The notes beneath the pieces are model-generated. The model was not told where the DNA came from. It saw only the letters and a list, made by a program, of their open reading frames with translations, and did no database searches. Below are positions 9,900-19,640 of a DNA stretch of 59,954 nt, in pieces. Position 1 is the stretch's first letter. Each line of letters opens with the position of its first letter. Origin of the DNA: an uncultured Clostridia bacterium. Its GTDB lineage: Bacteria > Bacillota > Clostridia > UBA1381. A program made the position numbers and the translations under genes. Location: the NCBI GenBank assembly GCA_947628155.1, contig CANQYQ010000001.1, positions 1 through 59,954 of the forward strand. The letters run 5' to 3'.

Positions 9900-12800
9900 A
9901 TGAGTATTAAAAGGATTACCGCCGCGGTATGCGCGGCGGCCGTGGCAGCGGCGGCGTTTGTCGTGCCGGTATCGGCCGCGTCGGCCGTATCGGATGAAGC
10001 GGGGTTTAATAACGCCATTGCTGCGGGCGGCGATTATGAGCTTTCGGCGGATATTTCGGCGGCGAACGCGGGGATCAACCAAACTCCGTCAACGGGTACG
10101 CTTGACGGCAAGGAGCATACGCTCACGAAAAAAAGTGATAAATGGGGCGACGCGGTGCTGTATCAAAATTGCAGCGGAAGCTGGACGTTTAAGAATCTGA
10201 CGATAGACGGAAACAAATCGGCAGGCACGTTTACCGACGCGGCGCTGTGGTACATGGCGGGGTCGGTAACATTCGACAATGTGACCATACAGAATTTCAA
10301 AACGTCAAACGCGGCGCGTTACGCGATTAACTGCAACAGCACCGCGAGCATGACGCTTAACAATGTGACGTTTAAGGATAACGAGAACGCGAACGCGGCG
10401 GTAACACCTTCCGATGTGTACATAGACGGCGGAACGCTCGCGCTTTCAGGAGACACCAAAGCGAACGTGTATTACGCGGGCGGCGCGATAGACGTATCGG
10501 GACTTACAAAAGGCTGCAGCGTCACGATCACGGCGGCGGACACGGATAAGTATAAATCGCTTAAATCGCTCGTCACGGCGGCGGCGGTTAAAATGACGGC
10601 GGACGACGGCGCGAGAACGGTAAGCTTTGCGGATTCCGGCGTGGAATGGGCATTGAGCGCGGAGCGGTCGAAATCGTCCGACGGTAAAGTTACCGTGTAC
10701 GCATCGGTATCGAATTTCACCGGCAGCGAAGCGACCGTGAGCGTGACGGCAGCCGCGTATGACGACGGCGCGGCGGGAGATACGCGGAGCGCGGACGTGA
10801 CCGTCGGGGCGAACGGTACAAAATCGGTTTCGATTGAGCTGAACGCATCGGACGAAAGCGTTATAAAGGTTAAGCTGACTTCATCGGGCAAGGATCTCAC
10901 GGATGAAATAACGGTAACCAAAATACGGGAGGACGGGCTGGTATTGTCATATGATTTTGACGATCCCGCCGACACAGCGTCACTTCTTCACGGCGGAGCA
11001 TCGATCGCGGGCGGTCAGGGCATATCCGGGAGCGCGCTGAGCCTTGACGGCACAAGCGGCTATATGCAGCTCCCCGACAATATACTTACCGAAAGCATGA
11101 CGGTTATGGCATGGGTTAAAACCGACGCCGTTCAGGACTGGGCGAGACTGTTCGACTTCGGTTCCGACACAAGCAATTATTTCTTTTACTCCCCTTCGAA
11201 CGGGCGCGTTGAATCGTGTCTTGGCGGAGCGAAGGATACAATGGACGTTACGCCGTTTACAAATACAGGAATATGGGAGCATCACGCGGTCGTGCGTTCG
11301 GCAGACCATGTTTGGCTCTACCGCGGCGGCAGTCTTGTAAGTGATAAAGCGTGCGCGAAATCGATCGCCGGTATTCCGAACACATCGAACTATATAGGCA
11401 AATCGCATTACGCGACGGACAAATACTTCAAGGGGACTATGGACGAGATGAAAATTTACAATAAAACCTGCACCGCCGGGGAAATCAAGGCGGAATACGA
11501 CAAATACGCGGCGCAGATAAGCACGGCCGCGGCTTATAAGGATTACGCCGACCTCGATTTCGGCACGACCGAGCTGACGGATGGCACGATCCTTCCGTCA
11601 AAGGGCGCCAACGGCAGCGATATTACATGGATGTGCTCCGACGCTTCCGTAATCGGCGCGGATATGACAATAACCGCTCCCGCCGCGGGAGAGGCGGATA
11701 AGCGTGTAACGCTTACGGCAACGATTAAAAACGGAAGCACTGTATATACAAAGGCGTTTGACGTGACGATCCTCGCCGCGCCGTCGATCACCGGACTTTC
11801 CGATTACAGCATGACGGATGTTGAAATGAAGGACGATTACCTTATAAACGGTACGGAAAAAATGGCCGCGTATCTGAACGATTTTGATATAAACAAGCTC
11901 GCGTCGGGATTCAGGCGCACGGCGGGACTGTCACAAACCTCAGACACGTACGGCGGCTGGGAAACAAGTCTTATCGCCGGTCACGCGGTAGGTCATTACA
12001 TGACCGCCGTCGCGCAGGGTTATAACAATACCGGCGACGAGGGATTGCTTAAAATGTCGAACGCGCTTATAGACGCGCTGTATGAAGCGCAGATCAAGGA
12101 GGACACGACCGTAAACGGCAATCCCGTAAAGAAGGGTTATCTGTTTGCGACCACAAATCCGTGGAGCGGCGGCAGGGTCGTAACGGGCGAAGGGCAGTTT
12201 GACAATATCGAAAATAATAAGGGAAATATCACAACAGAGGCGTGGGTGCCGTGGTACACGATGCATAAAATACTCGCGGGTCTTGTCGATACGTATAAGC
12301 TTACCGGCAACGAAAAGGCGCTCGAAATGGCCGACGCGCTCGGCACATGGGTTTACAACAGGGTCAAAAATTACGACGCGGCAATGCAGGCGCGCGTATT
12401 AAACATCGAGTACGGCGGCATGAACGACGCGCTTTACGAGCTGTACAAAATCACGAAAGACCCCAACCACGCTAAGGCGGCGCATATGTTTGATGAGATA
12501 AGCCTGTTCGACAGTCTGTATAACGGCGAGGACGTTTTGGCAAACAAGCACGCGAATACAACTATACCGAAAATTATCGGCGCGCTCAACCGCGTAAGAG
12601 CTATCGACGCGACGGGCGGTCAGCTTGAAAAGGACGCGCCCGACAGCGCGCATGACAGGGAATATTACCTCACTGTCGCGGAGAATTTCTGGGATATGGT
12701 CGTTAACGACCACTCGTACATCACCGGCGGCAACAGTGAGAACGAGCACTTCCGCGCGGCGCATACGGAAAACGCGTACCGCAATAACGTGAACTGCGAA

Positions 12801-14768
12801 ACGTGCAACACCTACAATATGCTAAAGCTCTCGCGCGAGCTGTATAAAATTACGGGAGAGAAGAAATATAAGGATTACTACGAGGGCACGTTCTTGAACG
12901 CAATCGTTTCGAGTCAGAACCCGGATACGGGTATGACGATGTACTTCCAGCCGATGGCGACGGGATATTTTAAGGTATATTCCACGCGCTGGAGCGACTT
13001 TTGGTGCTGCACCGGCTCGGGCATGGAGAATTTTACGAAGCTTACGGACAGTATTTATTACAAAAAGGATAATACGATAGTTGTAAATCAGTATATAAGC
13101 TCCGTGCTGACCGATACTGAGAACGGGATAAGGCTTACACAGGATTCGTCGCTGCCGGACGGGGATACGGCGAAATTGACAATCGAGCGTACGGATAAGG
13201 CCGCGTCGGATCGCGCATGGGCGTTGACGGCGCAAAAAACAGATGGCGGGAAAATAACCGGTACTATCACAAACAACAGCGGAAAGTCAAATAAGGCGGT
13301 CATTTATGCCGCGTCATATACCGCGAATAAGCTGACGGATGTGAAGAAGCTTGATTATACCATTGAAAACGGACAGACGCGGGAGTTTGAAACCGAGCTC
13401 AAAAACGGCGATGAGGTAAAGGTATTCCTCTGGGATGATAATCAAGCGCCGCTTGCCGACGCGGTAATTCCGGGTGAGCGGCAGGATGCCGGCCATACGG
13501 CGATAGCGCTGCGCGTGCCCGAATGGTGCGCGGCCGCGCCGATAATCAAGGTAAACGGCGAGGCTATTGAATATACGCGTTCGGCGGGCTACGTTACGAT
13601 AGACCGCGAGTGGAGCACGGGTGATACGGTCGAGATCACAATGCCGATGGAGATGCGCGCGTACGGACTTGCGGACAGCGATACGGTGACGGCGTTTAAA
13701 TACGGCCCGACTGTGCTGAGCGTCGGGCTGGGAGCGGGCGACACCGCGGAGGAAAGTCACGGTATGGCGGTCAGGAAGCCGAAAAATAAGGGCGACGTAA
13801 ACGAGTATGTTATAATCGACTCCGATTACGGTACGCGCGAAAAGTGGCTTGAACATATTAATGAGAACATGGTCAAAACCGACGGCAAGCTTGAATTTAC
13901 TATGCAAAATACCGATCAGGCGCTCGTGTTTACGCCGCATTATAGGCGTCACGGCGAACGCTACGGCATATATTGGTACGTGTCGGGCATGACCGAGGAG
14001 GAGCAGCAGGCGCAGATTTTAGCCGATAAGCAAAAGGGACGCGACGAGAATGTAATTATCGATTCAATTGAGCCGTCGCACGACCAGCAGGAGAACGGCC
14101 ACGGATATACGCAAGATAGATCCACCGGAGTAGAGGGTACGGGCGATATGGTAAATTACCGCGAAATCAAAAGCGGCGGATATGTAGATTACCAGATGGC
14201 GGTTAAAAAAGGCGTTAAGAATTATCTTTCGGTAACGTATCATTCAAGCGACGCCGGAAAGCAGATGACGATTTACGCCGGAGATGTGAAGCTTGCCGAC
14301 GTGACCGCGGGCGGTCAGAATGAAACGGTACGTTACGAGATCCCCGAGGCGGCCGTAAACGCGGCCGCGGCGTCAACGGCGGACACGATAAAGGGACGCG
14401 ACGCGCTGCATATTATATTCCGCGCGGACAAAAATACGGACGCGCCGAAAATATGCGGCACGGTCAAAATCGTGACCGATTACGGCACGAACGCTTCGCT
14501 TTCGGAGCTGACATTTGATAAGGGCGAGCTTTCGCCGGCGTTTAGTGCGGATACGGCGGAATATACGCTGAGTGTTCCGCCGGGTACGGAAAGCGTTAAT
14601 TTAAAAGCAGCTCCGGCGGACAAATACGGACTTGTGTATGTGAATGATATTCTGATAAACGACGCCGTGTCAAAGACCGTTCCCGTTTCGGAAGGGTTTA
14701 CGATCAGGGTTTACGCGGAGGATCATGAAACATCAAGGGAGTATACGATTACATTTGTAAAGCGGTAA
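9900..14768 (+). CDS. secreted multidomain glycoside hydrolase, GH127/GH146 (DUF1680, beta-L-arabinofuranosidase-like) core
   Basis: Start set at ATG 9900 (RBS GGAGTGG; signal peptide MSIKRITAAVCAAAVAAAAFVVPVSAASA). Domains by eye:
- N-terminal beta-helix-like region.
- LamG/concanavalin-like module (SALSLDG..YMQLP...ARLFDFG...GTMDEMKIY).
- Ig-like module.
- DUF1680 core with the Zn/catalytic Cys motifs CETCNTYNM and WCCTGSGMENF.
- C-terminal cadherin-like module (SLSELTFDKGELSPAFSADTAEYTLSV). Confidence 0.8.
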   Translation: MSIKRITAAVCAAAVAAAAFVVPVSAASAVSDEAGFNNAIAAGGDYELSADISAANAGINQTPSTGTLDGKEHTLTKKSDKWGDAVLYQNCSGSWTFKNLTIDGNKSAGTFTDAALWYMAGSVTFDNVTIQNFKTSNAARYAINCNSTASMTLNNVTFKDNENANAAVTPSDVYIDGGTLALSGDTKANVYYAGGAIDVSGLTKGCSVTITAADTDKYKSLKSLVTAAAVKMTADDGARTVSFADSGVEWALSAERSKSSDGKVTVYASVSNFTGSEATVSVTAAAYDDGAAGDTRSADVTVGANGTKSVSIELNASDESVIKVKLTSSGKDLTDEITVTKIREDGLVLSYDFDDPADTASLLHGGASIAGGQGISGSALSLDGTSGYMQLPDNILTESMTVMAWVKTDAVQDWARLFDFGSDTSNYFFYSPSNGRVESCLGGAKDTMDVTPFTNTGIWEHHAVVRSADHVWLYRGGSLVSDKACAKSIAGIPNTSNYIGKSHYATDKYFKGTMDEMKIYNKTCTAGEIKAEYDKYAAQISTAAAYKDYADLDFGTTELTDGTILPSKGANGSDITWMCSDASVIGADMTITAPAAGEADKRVTLTATIKNGSTVYTKAFDVTILAAPSITGLSDYSMTDVEMKDDYLINGTEKMAAYLNDFDINKLASGFRRTAGLSQTSDTYGGWETSLIAGHAVGHYMTAVAQGYNNTGDEGLLKMSNALIDALYEAQIKEDTTVNGNPVKKGYLFATTNPWSGGRVVTGEGQFDNIENNKGNITTEAWVPWYTMHKILAGLVDTYKLTGNEKALEMADALGTWVYNRVKNYDAAMQARVLNIEYGGMNDALYELYKITKDPNHAKAAHMFDEISLFDSLYNGEDVLANKHANTTIPKIIGALNRVRAIDATGGQLEKDAPDSAHDREYYLTVAENFWDMVVNDHSYITGGNSENEHFRAAHTENAYRNNVNCETCNTYNMLKLSRELYKITGEKKYKDYYEGTFLNAIVSSQNPDTGMTMYFQPMATGYFKVYSTRWSDFWCCTGSGMENFTKLTDSIYYKKDNTIVVNQYISSVLTDTENGIRLTQDSSLPDGDTAKLTIERTDKAASDRAWALTAQKTDGGKITGTITNNSGKSNKAVIYAASYTANKLTDVKKLDYTIENGQTREFETELKNGDEVKVFLWDDNQAPLADAVIPGERQDAGHTAIALRVPEWCAAAPIIKVNGEAIEYTRSAGYVTIDREWSTGDTVEITMPMEMRAYGLADSDTVTAFKYGPTVLSVGLGAGDTAEESHGMAVRKPKNKGDVNEYVIIDSDYGTREKWLEHINENMVKTDGKLEFTMQNTDQALVFTPHYRRHGERYGIYWYVSGMTEEEQQAQILADKQKGRDENVIIDSIEPSHDQQENGHGYTQDRSTGVEGTGDMVNYREIKSGGYVDYQMAVKKGVKNYLSVTYHSSDAGKQMTIYAGDVKLADVTAGGQNETVRYEIPEAAVNAAAASTADTIKGRDALHIIFRADKNTDAPKICGTVKIVTDYGTNASLSELTFDKGELSPAFSADTAEYTLSVPPGTESVNLKAAPADKYGLVYVNDILINDAVSKTVPVSEGFTIRVYAEDHETSREYTITFVKR

Positions 14769-14807
14769 TTTAGCAAATCGCGGCGGCCGCGCCGCTCGGA
14801 TATGGAA

Positions 14808-14835
14808 GGGACAGCCGTTTATCGGCTGTCCTTTG
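14808..14835 (+). terminator. rho-independent terminator of the glycosidase gene
   Basis: GGGACAGCCG-tttat-CGGCTGTCC followed by TTTG. Confidence 0.7.
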
Positions 14836-15180
14836 CGCAGGCTGTTATACCGACGCTTTTTTGACAGCGGGAGGCGCGATACGGATGAAAAATGCATTTT
14901 TTCCGTATAATAAAGGTATTTTGTGAATGGTTTACATGCGCGGGATAATATATAATACATACGCAATATGCTAATATTGTTGTTTTCATAAAAATCTCTC
15001 TCTCAAAAATATCGAATCAGCGCTCATGATTCGATATTTTTTCACGTTTTGTACCTTGGCAAGGAAAACAGACGGTTCGGCGAAGCACGCGTAATTTATC
15101 CGCCGCGGCTAAACCGCGGCGGAGCAATCGACTCTCGCGGCGATGATTCTCGTATCACGGTGCGAAAAATTAAGCAATAA

Positions 15181-15215
15181 AAATTGGGGTGCCGCTTTGA
15201 GCACTCCAATTTTAT
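15181..15215 (-). terminator. probable terminator of the small minus-strand gene
   Basis: On the minus strand, TTGGAGTGC-tcaaagcg-GCACCCCAA (one mismatch) is followed by TTTTTATT. Confidence 0.5.
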
Positions 15216-15223
15216 CGATGTGT

Positions 15224-15400
15224 TCAGCCGCGCATACCTACGGCGGTGTCAATGGCGCTCCCGATATTGCGGAACAGGCCTTCCGTCTTTTTCATGATCT
15301 TCTTGCGCTGTTTCGCCGTCGGCTGCTCCATCATAACTGCCGCCGCCGCGCCGAGTACCATACCTGTCGCCATGCCCTTCATAAATCCGGCGTAAGCCAT
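15224..15400 (-). CDS. small hypothetical membrane-associated protein (58 aa)
   Basis: Start set at ATG 15400, preceded by AGGAGGAA. The protein is MAYAGFMKGMATGMVLGAAAAVMMEQ... (one hydrophobic helix, then a basic amphipathic tail). No family was recognised. Confidence 0.5.
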   Translation of the reverse strand: MAYAGFMKGMATGMVLGAAAAVMMEQPTAKQRKKIMKKTEGLFRNIGSAIDTAVGMRG

Positions 15401-15567
15401 AACTGCATTCCTCCTTGATTTGACGCGCCGTGCCGGCCCGCCGTTATGCACGGCGGGTGATCAGGACGCTTTTTAATTGCGGTATTATTATTTGCCGAAT
15501 ATATAAATATAAAACAGACAATATTTTTTTTGAAATATAAATTTAATGTAAATTAGATTAATTTGTA

Positions 15568-15596
15568 TTGACTAAACCGCATATGTTATATATAAT
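15568..15596 (+). promoter_or_regulatory. putative sigma-A promoter upstream of the DUF1015 gene
   Basis: TTGACT (15568-15573), 17 nt, TATAAT (15591-15596), in an AT-rich intergenic region. Confidence 0.5.
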
Positions 15597-15646
15597 ATAT
15601 TTAACTATGTCCACATCTATGCAGATACCGGAAAGGGTGGTATTTT

Positions 15647-16969
15647 ATGGCGAACATTAAACCGTTCAGAGGGTACAGATATAATATTGACAAGGTGAAT
15701 ATGAGCGAGGTCGTATGCCCGTCGCTTTATAAGCTCACCGACGAAAGCCGCGCGCGGCTTTACGATATGAGCGAATATAACGCGGTGCGCTTGTATTCGG
15801 GCGAGGAGCGCATGACGGATAACGAGGTGAATAATAAATTCACGCGCGCGGCGGATGCGCTTAAGAAATGGATAAACGAGGATATACTTATCCGCGAGGA
15901 TAAGGAGGCTATATACCTCTATGAACAGACTGTTGACGTGCATGGTACGACGTATTCAAACCTGAATTTTATAACGCTTGTGGAGATCGAGGAATTGAAT
16001 GAGGGCAGTATTCGCCCATGTGAGGTCATGCACGAAACATCGCTGAAGGATTATTATGAAAAAATTAAGGCCACGGGCTTTGATATAAGTATGATAAGCT
16101 GTCTGTACATGGAGCGTGAAAAGGTGCTGTTAAATCTCATGAACGAGATAAGCGAGACAGAACCGGACTTTGAATTCCGTACAAACGATGAGGACAGCGT
16201 ACATGAGCGCGTGTGGATAATCACGTATAAGCCGACAATTGAGGCGATCGTAGAGCAGTTTAAGGATATGCAGCTCTATATTACCGACGGTCAGACACGC
16301 TATGAGGCGTGCTTGAGATACCGCAATTACATGAAGGCGAAGAATCCCAATCACACCGGCGACGAGCCGTATAATTATACGCTCGTTTCGCTGATGAACG
16401 CCAATTCCGACGGCCTTGTTATCATGCCCCTCCACCGCGAGGTGAAATGCCCGAGGGGATTTAAAGAGGATTTCTTTATCGCGGGGATCCAGGATCATTT
16501 TAAGATTGAGAAAATCATTGTCGATAACGACGAGGATATAATCGTTGACACGATGCGGAAGCAGATCGCGACCATGCGCACCGAAACGCGGATCGCGGTA
16601 TATTGCGGCGGCGATTATTTCTATCGGCTTACGCTTACCGATAAGGATTATATAAAAACGAACCTACTTCCGGAAATGTCCAAGGCGTACTGCGGACTTG
16701 ACGTTGTGGTTTTGAATAAGCTGGTATTGGAGGATCTGCTAAACGTCACCGAAGAAACATATCCCGAACGCGTGACCGAGGACAGAAGCAGGCACCAGTG
16801 CTACAAGGATTTGATCGAGGGGAAATGCGACGTGATATTCCTGCTAAATCCCGTAAAAACGGAGCAGATCAAGAACGTCACGGCGGTCGGCGAGAGACTC
16901 CCGCTTATGACGATAAGCGTGTTCCCAAAGCCGTCTGTCGGTACGATAATGAATTCCGTGGAGGAATGA
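15647..16969 (+). CDS. DUF1015 domain-containing protein
   Basis: 440 aa. The N-terminus MANIKPFRGYRYN is characteristic of the DUF1015 family. RBS GGAAAGGGTGG. Confidence 0.85.
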   Translation: MANIKPFRGYRYNIDKVNMSEVVCPSLYKLTDESRARLYDMSEYNAVRLYSGEERMTDNEVNNKFTRAADALKKWINEDILIREDKEAIYLYEQTVDVHGTTYSNLNFITLVEIEELNEGSIRPCEVMHETSLKDYYEKIKATGFDISMISCLYMEREKVLLNLMNEISETEPDFEFRTNDEDSVHERVWIITYKPTIEAIVEQFKDMQLYITDGQTRYEACLRYRNYMKAKNPNHTGDEPYNYTLVSLMNANSDGLVIMPLHREVKCPRGFKEDFFIAGIQDHFKIEKIIVDNDEDIIVDTMRKQIATMRTETRIAVYCGGDYFYRLTLTDKDYIKTNLLPEMSKAYCGLDVVVLNKLVLEDLLNVTEETYPERVTEDRSRHQCYKDLIEGKCDVIFLLNPVKTEQIKNVTAVGERLPLMTISVFPKPSVGTIMNSVEE

Positions 16970-16987
16970 AAAATTTGTAAAAAGGTA

Positions 16988-17016
16988 TTGACAACTAAGG
17001 ATTTTTCTGTTATAAT
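16988..17016 (+). promoter_or_regulatory. consensus sigma-A promoter of rplU-rpmA
   Basis: TTGACA (16988-16993), exactly 17 nt, TATAAT (17011-17016). This leaves a 5' UTR of about 90 nt before rplU. Confidence 0.65.
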
Positions 17017-17111
17017 AGCTCCCGACCGCATTGAGTAGGTCTTAAATTCACGCAATAAAAGCATGATACCTATAAGAGCGAGTCCTCAAAAAATTAAGAG
17101 GAGGTGTTACA

Positions 17112-17423
17112 ATGTACGCGGTAATCGTAACAGGCGGCAAGCAGTACAAGGTATCGGAGGGCGATACGCTTTTCGTGGAAAAGCTTGACGCTGCCGAAGG
17201 AGAAAGCGTAACATTTGACGAGGTTCTCGTAACCGGAGACGGCGAGAACGTCAATGTGGGCGCGCCGAAAATAGAGGGCGCGACAGTCGAGGCGAAGGTC
17301 GTAAAGAACGGCAAAGCCAAGAAGATCTACGTTTTCAAAATGAAGCGCAAGAAGAATGAGCGCAAGAAGAACGGCCACAGACAGCCGTATTCTAAGGTTG
17401 AAATTGTAAAGATAAATGCCTGA
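17112..17423 (+). CDS. rplU: 50S ribosomal protein L21
   Basis: [25 protein letters not shown] is a canonical L21 N-terminus. RBS AAGAGGAGG. Confidence 0.95.
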   Translation: MYAVIVTGGKQYKVSEGDTLFVEKLDAAEGESVTFDEVLVTGDGENVNVGAPKIEGATVEAKVVKNGKAKKIYVFKMKRKKNERKKNGHRQPYSKVEIVKINA

Positions 17424-17460
17424 ATAAGATAGTTATCATTTAGTTTTGGAGGTGTTTTAA

Positions 17461-17715
17461 ATGGCTCATAAAAAAGGTATGGGAAGTACCAAGAACGGCC
17501 GTGACAGTGAGTCGAAGAGACTCGGCGCGAAGCGTGCCGACGGGCAGTTCGTTCTTGCGGGCAATATCCTTGTAAGACAGAGAGGAACAAAAATTCATCC
17601 GGGTCATAACGTAGGCATCGGCAGCGACGATACGCTGTTCGCCCTCATAGACGGCAAGGTAAAGTTCGAGAGAAAGGGCAGAGACAAGACTCAGTGCAGT
17701 GTTTATGCCGACTGA
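17461..17715 (+). CDS. rpmA: 50S ribosomal protein L27 (no N-terminal pro-peptide)
   Basis: [24 protein letters not shown] is canonical L27 and begins directly at the mature AHKKG motif. Confidence 0.95.
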   Translation: MAHKKGMGSTKNGRDSESKRLGAKRADGQFVLAGNILVRQRGTKIHPGHNVGIGSDDTLFALIDGKVKFERKGRDKTQCSVYAD

Positions 17716-17724
17716 TAAGAAATT

Positions 17725-17755
17725 AAAAAACCGCTGTATATACAGCGGTTTTTTT
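17725..17755 (+). terminator. rho-independent terminator after rpmA
   Basis: AAAAAACCGCTGTATATACAGCGGTTTTTTT is a perfect palindromic stem with a T-run. Confidence 0.85.
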
Positions 17756-17906
17756 GTAACGCGGATCATATGGGATTTATTTGGTTACAAATCCGCGCTC
17801 AAGGTGTAAAAATCCGGTCGATTTTACAGCATAATTCGTTAGTATTTGCATTTTTTGTCATTTATGGTATAATTAAATCATTACCGAGAGGGGAGGGGGA
17901 TACGCC

Positions 17907-19607
17907 TTGAAATGGCTGTTGAAATACATATCGCCGTATAAGCTGCGCATAGCGATTGAGCTTATAATAAAAACAATTGCCACATCTATGGATTTATGCA
18001 TACCATGGATTTTGGGCCATATAATCGACGTAGTGATCCCGTCCGCCTCGTCGGCGTATATTGCGATATGGGGCGTGCTGATGATCGTCTGCTCGGTGGT
18101 GTGCGTTGTCGGGAATATCGCCGCCAACCGTCTCGCGTCATCCGTCGCTCGCGATACGACAATGAGCATACGGCACGACCTTTTTTCAAAGATCATGTCG
18201 TTATCCTCCGAGCGCATGGATTATTTCACCGTTCCCTCGCTCGTGTCCAGGATAACAACCGATACGTATAACATAAACAGTATGACCGGTATGATACTTC
18301 GCCTAGGCATACGAGCGCCGATACTGCTGTTCGGGGGAATATTCATCACCTTGTCCATGGACGCGCCGCTCGCGGTCGTGTGGATAGCGGCGCTGCCGCT
18401 CGCGATAGGCGTTTTTATCGCGGTATCCGCGCACGGAATACCGCTTTTCACAACACTGCAGCAGTCCATCGACGATATGGTCCAGGTAATACGCGAAAAT
18501 ATATCCGGCGTGCGCGTGATAAAGGCACTGTCAAAAACGGAATACGAAAAGGGCCGCTTTTCGCGTGTGAACGAGCGCGTATCATTAAACGAACAGAGGG
18601 CTAACGTTGCGATGGGTATCACAAATCCCGCGATTAATGTGTTGCTGAATCTCGCGCTGTCAATAGTGATTTTTATAGGCGCGTACCGCGTCAGCGGCGG
18701 AAAAACGGGCGTGGGAACGCTTGTCGCGTTTACGTCGTACTTTACGGTTATATTAAACGCGGTGATGGGAATAACGAGGATATTTGTCGTTATCTCCAAG
18801 GCCGCCGCGTCATCGAAGCGTATAGGCGAGGTGTTGTATGACAAGGCGACTCTCGGCCGCGAGGAGCTGCCGGACAGCGGCGGCGCGTTTATACGATTCG
18901 ATAACGTGCGCTTTTCCTACAATAAGCGCAAGGATAATCTGAGCGGTATAAGCTTCAGCCTCCGCAAGGGTGAGTCGCTCGGCGTTATCGGCGCGACGGG
19001 CTCGGGTAAGACGACGCTGATAAATATGCTTATGCGCTTTTATGATGCGGACAGCGGCGGTGTGTACATAGATGGTAAAAATATACGCTCCTACGATAAC
19101 GATGACCTTCGCTCCAAATTCGGCACGGTGTTCCAGAACGATATACTTTTCGCCGACAGCATAAGAAACAACATAAGCTTCGGGCGCGATATCCCGGAAA
19201 ACGCGATAATTGACGCGCTTAAATGCGCGCAGGCGTATGAGTTTACGAAAAAACTGCCGCGCGGTATTGACACGGTTTTAAATCCCAAGGGCAATGACCT
19301 TTCCGGCGGGCAGAAGCAGCGGTTATTGATTGCGCGCGCGATAGCGGCGCGGCCGGAAATACTTGTGCTCGACGACTCCTCGTCCGCGCTCGATTATAAG
19401 ACCGACGCGGCGCTTCGTCACGCGCTGCGCGAGCGCTACGCCGGCACTACGCTTATTGTAATCGCCCAGCGTATAAGCTCGGTCAAGGATATGGATAAGA
19501 TTATTTTCCTCGATAACGGCAAAATCGAGGGCATAGGTACGCATGCGGAGCTGATGCAAAGCTGCGCGATGTATAAGGAAACCGCTGATTTGCAAATGGG
19601 TGTGTAA
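17907..19607 (+). CDS. ABC exporter permease/ATPase, half-transporter with non-catalytic Walker B (LDD)
   Basis: TTG start 6 nt after GGGAGGGGGA. Six-TM domain plus NBD. Motifs: Walker A GATGSGKTT, signature LSGGQKQR, Walker B ILVLDDSSSALD (Asp in place of the catalytic Glu). Confidence 0.9.
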   Translation: MKWLLKYISPYKLRIAIELIIKTIATSMDLCIPWILGHIIDVVIPSASSAYIAIWGVLMIVCSVVCVVGNIAANRLASSVARDTTMSIRHDLFSKIMSLSSERMDYFTVPSLVSRITTDTYNINSMTGMILRLGIRAPILLFGGIFITLSMDAPLAVVWIAALPLAIGVFIAVSAHGIPLFTTLQQSIDDMVQVIRENISGVRVIKALSKTEYEKGRFSRVNERVSLNEQRANVAMGITNPAINVLLNLALSIVIFIGAYRVSGGKTGVGTLVAFTSYFTVILNAVMGITRIFVVISKAAASSKRIGEVLYDKATLGREELPDSGGAFIRFDNVRFSYNKRKDNLSGISFSLRKGESLGVIGATGSGKTTLINMLMRFYDADSGGVYIDGKNIRSYDNDDLRSKFGTVFQNDILFADSIRNNISFGRDIPENAIIDALKCAQAYEFTKKLPRGIDTVLNPKGNDLSGGQKQRLLIARAIAARPEILVLDDSSSALDYKTDAALRHALRERYAGTTLIVIAQRISSVKDMDKIIFLDNGKIEGIGTHAELMQSCAMYKETADLQMGV

Positions 19608-19640
19608 ATTTTAGTTTATGTGCGTAACGCTTGCGGCAGC

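Noticed and set aside
14861-14911. TTGACA (14861) and TATAAT (14906) considered as a promoter pair.
   Set aside because: The spacing is about 39 nt, too long for a single sigma-A promoter. Only the -10-like element is mentioned, in the low-interest sRNA note.
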